Source: Piromyces finnis finn (Eukaryota > Fungi > Neocallimastigomycota). Taken from it: a stretch of DNA of 64,000 bases. Position numbers and translations under genes: made by a program. The stretch covers positions 310,001 through 374,000 of the forward strand of contig MCFH01000012.1 of NCBI GenBank assembly GCA_002104945.1. Reading direction: 5' to 3'. The notes beneath the pieces were generated by a model. It made no database searches. It saw only the letters and a program-made list of their open reading frames with translations, and was not told the DNA's origin. Positions 1-10,419 of this stretch are shown piece by piece (position 1 is the first letter of the stretch; each line of letters opens with the position of its first letter).

Positions 1-508
1 GGGACTGTCATACCACTTAATTTTCTATAATCACAACACAAGCGCCATTTATCATTTTTCTTTGAGACTAAAACAGTAGGAGATGACCAAGAAGACTTCA
101 AAGGTTTAATTAGTCCTTTATTTAAGAGTTTTGTTAATTCTTCCTTGAGAATATCTGACTTAACCTTATTCAGACCATAAAAACGACTCTTGAACGGAAC
201 CAGGCTTTAATTCAATGTGATGCGGATTTAACTTAGATGGAGTTAATTCTTCTGTAGATGTAGCCACCACATCAATATATTCACTAAGAAGGTTAGTAAC
301 ATTTTCTCTATAAGTTAGGTCTAAACCAGACAAAAATTCCTAATATAATCATATGGAGACAAGGACTTCACACCAACATTCATATTTGGTATAACCATAT
401 CATTATCGGAAATCTCATCTTCCCATTTAAGAGAAAAACATTTTTTTAGTTGGACCTATATACTTAATAAAATAATTTATAATAGGAGATTCTTGATCCT
501 CTAGTAAT

Positions 509-1122
509 TGTAAAGATATCAAACACCTCAACTTGATATCTTTAATGTAACTTAAGCCACAAGTATTATTGTTTAAGTTACACAAATTATATTACAGAAA
601 AAGAAAATTAAACATAATTTATTTAGTAATAATTAAAGTTTAAAACAAAATAAATTATTAATTCATTTTTAATGTTTAACAAGTAAATTAAAATTCTCAA
701 TTTAAATCCCTAGTTTTAGTATTGTTCTTTTCATAGAAATAGAGAAATAATATATAAATAATAAATGATTAATATATCAATAATACATGGGCACATATTA
801 AAATTAAATAGTACTTAATTTGAATTGCCAATTGTATTTTACTAAAAATAGTTATAGTTTAAATATTTATTAATAATTAAGATTTTAGTGTAGATTTTAA
901 ATAATAATATATAAGAAATAAATAGTTATAATATAATATAAATGTATTTAGGAAAAATATAAATAGAAGATATTTTTCATCATTTTATCGATATAATTGT
1001 TATTAATAAAATTTTATTATAATAAAGATATTTCTAAAAACAATTTTTATTTATTTTTTTACTTTTGGTGTTATTGTAATAGAATAGATATCCTAATCTA
1101 TTCTTTTTGTGTCGACTTTACA
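509..1122 (+). mobile_element. Solo LTR, family B (614 bp)
   Basis: TGTAAAG...CTTTACA ends; 5-bp TSD GTAAT at 504-508 and 1123-1127; near-identical to 4398-5011. Confidence 0.93.
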
Positions 1123-1812
1123 GTAATGGAGAAATGTTCTCGAAGTTATTAATATCTTTAAACCTACATAACGATTTAGTATAAGGATGAATGAAAAATA
1201 CATTTTCAGTGGTAGACTTCAAGCCTAAAAGAATATCAAAATAGGTAGCTCTATATTTAATAACACAAAAAGCAGCTGAAAATTCATAATTATTTATTTT
1301 GACACTTAAACGGACTACGATTGCATAAGCTATATCACTATCACCAAGAGCCTCGTATATACGACCTCTACAGAAACTAACTTGTTTGTACTGATCTGAG
1401 ACACATTTAAGTAACTATATGTTACCAAATTTAAGTTACTTCCTGAATCAATTAATAATTTTCCATTAACACCATCAACAGAACAAGCGACCACGCCAAG
1501 GTTATCTTTAAAATTATTAGGAACCTTTTTTGTGTGTACTGTTCATATTATGAAGTATTGTTTCTTTATCAATAGAACTAATAAATTGAACTTTGTCTAA
1601 TTTTAAATTTTTAGATAGTTCATTTTTTAATTTTGGACAAATGTCTAGAACTTGACCAAATGTGATATTACATTTAGTATTTATCAAATCTTTACAGATA
1701 TCATATGGTTCCATATTATTAATCTTTGCTATCACCGTATGTCTGGTGTTATAATTTGACAATTCTTCCTGTTTTGCAATATTTGGTATATCTGACATAT
1801 TCTTACAATCTA

Positions 1813-2375
1813 TGATATGAAATTAATATGTCTAGCTACATATCAGCCATATTTAAAATAATTTTTATTATTTAAAATATTCAATTTCATATTTAAAAAT
1901 TTATATATAATATTTCATAATAATAATATAATAATTGATATATATTATAATACATTATGTATATATTAATTATAGAATTCATGTAAATATTTCATTTTAT
2001 TCTTAAATATTAATATTATATATTAGTATTAATTTTATTGTAATACTTATTTGTATTACATTTACTTTTTCCTTATATAGTAATATTCATTTAAAATGTA
2101 AAATATATTATGTCCTATTTAATTATTATTAATATATTATGAATACATTACATTATATAATTGATATTCAATTATATTATAGAATTTTATAAAATAAAAT
2201 TATTCATGTAAAAATAATTAATAATTAGAGAGAAGAGTTTTAATAATTAATAAGAAAATATTATAAGTGAAATTATTAACAAGAGAAGTTAATAACAATA
2301 AATATTTTCACCTAATATAATAAATTATAAATGAACTAATATTAAATTACTACAACATAAAAGAAATATATATCA
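1813..2375. mobile_element. Solo LTR with TGATA...TATCA ends (G-like termini) and a 4-bp TSD
   Basis: Starts TGATATG, ends TATATCA; TCTA on both sides (1809-1812, 2376-2379); removing it restores the host reading frame. Confidence 0.8.
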
Positions 2376-2659
2376 TCTATGTAATCATATCTTGTGACAA
2401 AATTTTCTTTTCAAATATATTACTTTCCTTATATGGAACATAATTATTTTGGTTACTTTCTAATATAGGTGTAATGTTACTTTCCTTAGTTTTACAATTT
2501 CCTAATTTATTTTTTCTGTACTACTATCTATTTCCTTTTTGGAGGTTTCACACTAATTTTTTACTATTATTCTTAATATTTGGTACTTCAGAAATATAGT
2601 TGTTAATATTTTCTTTATTAAAATTTTTATTAATAAAAAAAAATTTTATTAATAAAAAT

Positions 2660-3683
2660 TTATTTAGAATTCCACAAAGTAGGGTAACACAAAATTAATG
2701 TTACACTGACAGAAGTTACACCATAAATAGTTCCACAAGTTAAGCTTCTCAAGTAGACAAAAAAAAAATTTCCGAAAAGTTCCAAATCTTCTACGGTAGC
2801 AATTCCCAATGTTGTAACTTCAAAAAATAAAAATTGTTTTATTATTAAATATAAAACGTGTTTTTTAATAAGAAAAGGTAACTGTTATTGTAAAAGTATA
2901 AAATTTAAAACAGATTTTATACTTAAAACAAAACAATTTTTATTAACACAAAAATAAAAAATAAAACATTAAATTTTTATTTAAAAAAAAACATTTTTAT
3001 TTAAACTCTTAAAAATATGATTAACTATATAATAGTTAATAATTAAAAAATTGAAAATAACAATTACATCGATTTAATAAACAAAAATTACATGTATTTA
3101 TATTTTTTCATAATTATATTCTAATATATTATTCTATTTAAATAAACATATATTTAATATAAAATAAACAACACTAATATAATTAAATAATAAAATAATA
3201 AAACTAAACTAAAACTAATTCATTATATTTTTAATTCAACTTGAGTAAACTCAAAATTGAATAAAGCCCATGTATTTTCTATAAATTAATTTAATATTAT
3301 CAATACTATTCCTAATATATTCCTTATTGAAATATAAACAAATCAATTTTTAAAACTCAGTTAAAATTATTAAACTATTCTAAATTTAAATAAGAAAGTA
3401 TATTATTATTAAACTATTCTAAAATTAAATAAAAAGTATTTAAAATTATTAGGAATATTTAAAATATTTGAAATATTTAAATTTAATTAAAATTCTTTTA
3501 TTCCTTAAATTTAAATATTTATCTTTATTTAATTTTGACGGAATTATTATAAAATAATTTATTATTAAATTATTCCATTGAATATTAAAAATTTCATAGT
3601 TAATTTTAATAAATATTAATTTATTATTTAATACTTAATAGTTAATTATTAAATAATCTAAAGATATATATTATATCTTTACA
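2660..3683 (-). mobile_element. Truncated 5' end of an A-family Gypsy element (subfamily A3): leader, PBS 2878-2888, 5' LTR 2889-3683
   Basis: LTR TGTAAAAG...ATCTTTACA is homologous to 30867-31644. The leader resembles 15560-15771 (A1). No coding region follows. Confidence 0.85.
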
Positions 3684-4060
3684 TAAATAATACATGGATT
3701 GTATTCAATTTGCAGTTTACTCAAATTGAATCAAAAGTGTATTTAATTTGTTTTAGTTTAGTTTTATTATTTTATTATTTATTTAAATTTGTATTAAATT
3801 AGTTTTGTTTATTTTATATTAAATATATGTATAATTGAATGAAAAATATATAAAATGAATGTAAATGAAAAAACATATAAATACATGTATTTTTTCCAAA
3901 TTTTAAATAAACGTAGTTGTTATTGACTATTATCTAGTTAATAACCTTTAAGAAGAAATATTAATTGAAAATTTTTATTTAAATTTTAGTGTTTAAATTT
4001 TTTTATTTTTTTGTGTTTTATTGTAAAAATAATAATCTGTTTTACAATTATTATTTTACA
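3684..4060 (+). mobile_element. Partial A2-type LTR (R-U5 side), truncated by the A3 insertion
   Basis: Reverse complement of about 16973-17345; ends TTATTTTACA at 4060. Confidence 0.85.
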
Positions 4061-7000
4061 AAAATTTGCAAGATTTTGAATCAAAAATTGAAAATGAAAA
4101 TAATAATAATTTAGGTTCAGAAATTAGCCAAAATAATAATAATTTGAGTTCTCAAGAAAACAAAAATAATAATAATTTAGGTTCAAATAATTTTTCTAGC
4201 AATACTAATATAATTTCTGATTCAAATACCAAAAACACAAATTATAATAATTTAAGTTCCAATAACTCAGAAAAATCAAACTCTATTAAATATGATAATT
4301 CAAGAGATAACAACATGGATATTGATTTTAATTCAAATAATAAAAATATTAACAATAAATATACAGATAATATATGTGAAAATGTAAACAACAATATTGT
4401 AAAGATATCAAACGCCTCAACTTGATATCTTTAATGTAACTTAAGCCACAAGTATTATTGTTTAAGTTACACAAATTATATTACAGAAAAAGAAAATTAA
4501 ACATAATTTATTTAGTAATAATTAAAGTTTAAAACAAAATAAATTATTAATTCATTTTTAATGTTTAACAAGTAAATTAAAATTCTCAATTTAAATCCCT
4601 AGTTTTAGTATTGTTCTTTTCATAGAAATAGAGAAATAATATATAAATAATAAATGATTAATATATCAATAATACATGGGCACATATTAAAATTAAATAG
4701 TACTTAATTTGAATTGCCAATTGTATTTTACTAAAAATAGTTATAGTTTAAATATTTATTAATAATTAAGATTTTAGTGTAGATTTTAAATAATAATATA
4801 TAAGAAATAAATAGTTATAATATAATATAAATGTATTTAGGAAAAATATAAATAGAAGATATTTTTCATCATTTTATCGATATAATTGTTATTAATAAAA
4901 TTTTATTATAATAAAGATATTTCTAAAAACAATTTTTATTTATTTTTTTACTTTTGGTGTTATTGTAATAGAATAGATATCCTAATCTATTCTTTCTCTG
5001 TCGTCATTACAAATATATTAAATGAATCAAATTATATACCTGATTCAAATTCTAATATAAATCAATCACCTACTAATAAATATGTACAAAATCCAAATAA
5101 TAATTACATGTATACTAAAAGTTCCAACTCTACATCAAACCCTAGATTTTCCGCAAGAAGTTATAAAACCTTAATTACTGATAATAATAATTTCAATAAA
5201 TCACAGGATTACACCAGATTAAGGAATATCATTGCAAAGAACAAATTTTATTATCCTAATAAAACCTCTTTTAATAGTCACTCCATTTTTAATTTGAAGA
5301 GAAAATTAAATAATAATACACACAAAATTCATAGATATAAAACAAAATTTAAAAACCTTCTTTTAACTCTAAACATATTTCTAATATTGTTACAAATATC
5401 CCATTTACATATAACGAAGCAGTCAATAGTATAGACCAAAACGAATGGAAAACTGCTATAAATGAAGAATTATCCAATTTCTACAATAATAAAATTTTCA
5501 CTTTTGTTAAATGTCCCCAAAAATAAAAATTTAATTTCTACAAAATGGGTCTTCACCAATAAAAGAGGTCCGAACAATACTATTATTAAAAGAAAGGCCC
5601 GAGTCGTTGCTAGAGGGTTCAAACAAAAAAAAGGTATTGATTTCAATCCTACTTACTCCCCTACTTTCAATATTGATGGTCTTAAATTAATTATTGCGTT
5701 AGCCTCTAAACTCAATTAGAACATGTTGCAACTCGATATTAAAGTTGCGTATCTCAATGCGGAATTGGACAAAGATATTTATACAACAATTCCTCCTGGA
5801 GATCCTAACTTCCTCCTGGGAATATTGGAAGTTGAACAAAGCCCTTTACGGACTAAAGCAATCCTGTAGGCAATGGAATATAACCATCCCCAAATTTTTA
5901 ACCAAGAATAATTACGAACAATTAATTTCAGAAAAATGTATCTTTAAAAAAGAACACAAAGGAAAAATTAGTAAGGATCATAGGTCTTTACGTAGATGAT
6001 ACGGTAATTACAGGAGATGATAAAGAAATAGAAAGTACTGTAAAAATTATAAAATATAATTTCAAAGTATCTAAAGCCGAACCTATTAATTATATTCTTG
6101 GTATAAAAGTTGAAAAGGATAAAAATACATTTACTATTTCTTAAACAGGTTTTATTGAAAAATTATTAGAAACATTTAATATACGTTACACAAGAAAAAC
6201 TAATACTCCATGTGTAGGTGACAACATTAAAGGTGAAAATGATACACCATTTAGTGTAGCAACATAAGAGTGCTATTGGTTCGTTAATATATTTGGCAAA
6301 ATGTACTAGACCTGATATAGCATTTGCGGTAGGTGAAGCAGCTAGAAAACCCGAAAACCCCACTATATCTGACTGGATAAAAGTTACACACATATAAAAA
6401 TATTTAAACACTACAAAGAACTTTAAAATTAAATATGAAGGAAAAGGAAAAATAATTTCTTATTGTGATGCAGATTTTGCTGGAGACATAAAAGATAGAA
6501 AATCCACTTCAGGAAATATTATACTAATGGGTAATAGTCCAATATACTGGAACAGTAAGAAGCAAACGATAGTAGCCACATCAAGTGCCGAAGCGGAATA
6601 TATAAGTACTTCAGAATGTGTCAAAAAGGTATTATGGATAAAAAACATATTAGAAGAATTATTTAACTTTAATAAACCAATTACTATTTACACTGATAAT
6701 ATAGCAAGTAAAACAAATATAGAAAACGATGAAATAAATCCAAAATTAAAACACATTGCTATTAAATATTTTTTCAATAAAGATAACATTGATAAAGGAA
6801 AGGTAAAATTAAATTATATAGATACTAAAAATATTTTAGCTGATGTATTAACTAAAGTAACCAATGGTCCGAAAATGTCAAACTTTACAAACAAAATTTT
6901 TTTAATGAAAAATTAGTTTGAGGAAGGAATGTTAACATAATACAAAATCATGTAATACATTATAAATTACAATGTAATAATATGTATTTGAAATAATGTA

Positions 7001-7163
7001 ATGGAATAATGTAGCATAATAATGTAATGTATTTGTTATATGTACGATATAAATGTAATGAAAATTTTCATTTAATAAAAAAATGACTTCATAATAAAAT
7101 ATATAAACAAACATATACATTTGTGTAATAACTCTCGAGTACCGTAAAACTAGCTGGTTAATA
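4061..7163 (+). pseudogene. pol: 5'-truncated Ty1/Copia remnant: Asn-rich linker, RT, RNase H, PPT and 3' LTR (6930-7163)
   Basis: NIPFTYNEAV...EWKTAI, ISTKWVF...KARVVARGF, KLNKALYGLKQ, YVDD, CDADFAGD...RKSTSG, IYTDN, ILADVLTK across several frames with stops. PPT GAGGAAGGAA is followed by TGTTAAC. Confidence 0.92.
4398..5011 (+). mobile_element. Solo LTR, family B, inserted in the Copia linker
   Basis: TGTAAAG...CATTACA ends; TSD AATAT at 4393-4397 and 5012-5016. Confidence 0.93.
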
Positions 7164-7535
7164 ATTTAAATTTAGTTATCCATTAATTTAAATATTTATC
7201 CAAATTTCATTTCTAACTTTGATATTTTAAAACTAATCTCTATTTAATTATTCCATAAAATTTATATAATAAATTTTATAAATAATTTTTTCATTAAAAT
7301 ATCAAAATTATTATTTAATAATTATTAATTAATTATTAAATAATTTATAGATATATTTTATATCTTTACAAATATATTAGAATATAATTATGAAAAAATA
7401 AATACATGTAATTTTTGTTTATTAAATCGATGTAATTGTTATTTTACTTTATTTGGTAAAATAATTTAAGAATTAATAAAGAAATAGTTTTAAATAAAAA
7501 ATATTCTTTTATTTATTTATTTTTATAATATGAAT
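7164..7535. repeat. Two abutting A-family LTR fragments (7164-7370 A2-type U3 end; 7371-7535 TATA/R segment)
   Basis: 7164-7370 matches about 19808-20014 and ends ATCTTTACA. 7371-7445 matches the AATATATTAG...ATCGATGTAATTGTTAT segment of A LTRs. Confidence 0.75.
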
Positions 7536-8271
7536 TGTAAAATTGTAATATTTAAACAGATTATATATTTAACAATAAAACAATAAAAACACAAAAATTT
7601 TAAAATTAAATAATTTTTAACCAATAAATATTTGAGATAATAAAAAATTTTTTTATAAACTAAACCTCAAAATTAGAAATAAATAAATTAAATATATGTG
7701 CAAAATATAATCAATTATATAGTAAATAAATCAAAACTTTATTTTAAGTTTAGAAAATTCTTTATTAAATAAATTGAATTTAAATAGTTTAATACAAGTA
7801 ATTTCTTTTAATAAATGTATAAATGTAAACAATGTAAAATTATAATATTAAAACATGTATATTAGAATTACTTCAATTTATTTAAAAAGTATAAATAAAG
7901 AGAATTTTTCAACTATTGAAACGATAGTTGGAAAATAGTAATTATTGATAATTGATTAATTAGTATTAATAATATTAGATTATTAATAAAGTTATAATAA
8001 AACAATTTTTTATTTTATTTTAAAATTGATTACCTAGCGAAGGCTCTGGTCAAATAACCTTCGTAGTAAAGTAATCAATAGTTGTTATAGTTTAGGATAG
8101 ATTTATTTGTTATTAGATAAATAAAAAATTATTAAAAAAAAAATAAATAAATAGAAAGTTTTTCTGTTGTTTTATCCGATTTGTTTTGTTTTGTTTAGAA
8201 TAGTGTAGCACAGCACAGACCTAAATTCAATAATTTAATTTAAAGGTTAGAGTTAAATTAAATATTTTACA
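7536..8271 (-). mobile_element. LTR of family C (reverse orientation) with an A-like terminal segment
   Basis: About 7600-8271 is reverse-complement homologous to 27511-27720 plus 28310-28750 (e.g. CGAAGGCTCTGGTCAAATAACCTTC). TG...CA ends; no TSD recovered. Confidence 0.8.
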
Positions 8272-8274
8272 TAT

Positions 8275-8821
8275 TGTAATAAAATAGATATTGACACACG
8301 TTCAAATATACCTTAATTCTAAATAAGCTTAGAAAGTGGTATATTTGGTGTGTATTTGAATGATTTATTTTTACTTGCTCATTCTACAAGTTTTATATAA
8401 TTATTAAATATAATTTAAAGTTTTAAAAACACATCTTGTTTTATAATATTAGTTTATTTATTTAAAATAAATGTATAATACATCTCGCTATATATTATAA
8501 AAAAAATATATTAATTTATTATAATTTTAAAATATTCTAATATTCCTGGCTAATTAGTAACAATCTTTAAAAATAATATTTTCTATTTCTATTTATAATA
8601 AATAATTACATTTAAGTTTGTTTATAAACAAAAGTTGTTTATATTTTACATTTTTAAAATTTAATTAAACATTTATATTTTATATTATTTTGATTATTTA
8701 CTATTATTTTAATTTATATTAAGTTTATATAATTTTAAAATCAGCTATTATATTAATTCATTATTTATAAATTTCATTCTTTATCAATATCCTAATCTAT
8801 TCTTTTTGTGTCGCCATTACA
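8275..8821 (+). mobile_element. LTR related to family B at its 3' end
   Basis: Starts TGTAATA; ends ATCCTAATCTATTCTTTTTGTGTCGCCATTACA like the B LTRs. No TSD and no second copy in the window. Confidence 0.6.
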
Positions 8822-10419
8822 GTAGCTAAGACTTTGGTCTGAATGACACAGGTTCAATACCATATGAATTCTATTTTTATGAAAACTTAATTTTACTAAA
8901 AATTTTTCATTATAAAGATTTTTCTGATTGGGTGAAAAATTTTTATAAAATTAATTTAAAATTTTTAGTATAAATAAGAGTGAAATTTTCCAAAAAAAAT
9001 TTTTTTAATCGAGTTTTTATTTAATTAATAAAGAATATGAAATTATTAACACTAACCTCTTTCTTTTAACTCCAATTATTGCTTATCACATTGTATACCT
9101 GTACCAATTTCAAATTTTTATCAAAATGGGAATAATTCTATTTCTGAACCTAATTCTGCTTTTACTATTTTCTCGCATTCCAATTCCGATTCTTCAGAAT
9201 ACTCTTCTTTTTCCATTATTTCTAGTATACCTCAGTTTCACTTAAATACAAATGAAAAAATAATCAATTCTTATGGTACTACCCAATCCAACGAACTTTA
9301 TCTTAATACTTCTGATCAAATTAAATCTAAGTTTAATGCTTCATCTCCTCGTCTTAATAATTCATCTATCAAATCTTTTACTTTATGTTCTAATCAAAGT
9401 CAATCAAGTGCTTCTGAAACCTCTACCTTCAATAATAAGTTTTCACACTCTGTCTTAACAGCTAAAAGCGATAATCCAATTTCCGAAATCGTTAAACTTC
9501 CCAAAGAAATCCAAGAATTCAAAGATGTTTTCAGTGAAGCTTCTGCAAATAAGCTTCTACCACATAAGCCATATGATTGTCAAATTAATCTAATAGAAAA
9601 TGCAAAATTGTTCTATGACCCTATTTATCCACTTACTGTAAAATATTAATCTTAAAACAGATTATATATTTAACAATAAAACAATTAAACACACGATAAA
9701 ATAAAAATAGGAGTTTCTTTTTTTTTAAAAATTATCTTCTTTATTAATGGTTAGAAATAAAATAACAATTACATCGATTCAATTGATAAAATTTACATGT
9801 ATTTATATTTTTTCATAATTATATTCTAATATATTATTCTATTTAAATAAACATATATTTAATATAAAATAAACAAAACTAATCTAATTAAATAATAAAA
9901 TAATAAAACTAAACTAAAACTAATTCATTATACTTTTAATTTAATTTGAGTAAACTCAAAATTGAATAAAGCTCAGGTATTATCTATAAATTAATTTAAT
10001 ATTATCAATACTATTCTTAATATATTTCCTATTGAAATATAAACACATCTATTTTTAAAACTCAGTTAAAATTATTAAACTATTCTAAATTTAAATAAGA
10101 AAGTATATTATTATTAAACTATTCTAAAATTAAATAAAAAGTATTTAAAGTTATTATGAATATTTAAAATATTTGAAATATTTAAATTTAATTAGGATTC
10201 TTTTGTTCCTTAAATTTAAATATTTATCTTTATTTAATTTTGACGGAATTATTATAAAATAATTTATTATTAAATTATTCCATTGAATATTAAAAATTTC
10301 ATAGTTAATTTTAATAAATATTAATTTATTATTTAATAATTAATAGTTAATTATTAAATAATCTAAAGATATATATTATATCTTTACAATCTCGCCCTTT
10401 AAGTCGAGCTCCTGTGAGA

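Larger units (their letters stand above)
1..2640 (-). pseudogene. pol: Degraded Ty3/Gypsy pol remnant (related to element G): N-terminal low-complexity region, protease and start of RT, split by two solo LTRs
   Basis: Minus strand reads ...KPLKSSWSSPTVLVSKKNDKWRLCCDYRKL (1-150) and LLIDSGSNLNLV (about 1420-1470). ORF 1517-1798 resembles the pre-protease region of ORF 49018-53253. Stops and frameshifts are present. The frame runs on across 1813-2375 once that LTR and one TSD copy are removed. Confidence 0.85.

Noticed and set aside
4066-5434. Asn-rich ORFs 4066-4425 and 4886-5434 as host genes
   Set aside because: They are Copia IN-RT linker sequence running into or out of a solo LTR.
8822-8865. 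GTAGCTAAG...GGTTCAATACC as a tRNA, SINE or PBS
   Set aside because: Box spacing is only about 28 nt, there is a single copy, and I found no complement in the adjacent LTR or recognisable tRNA end.
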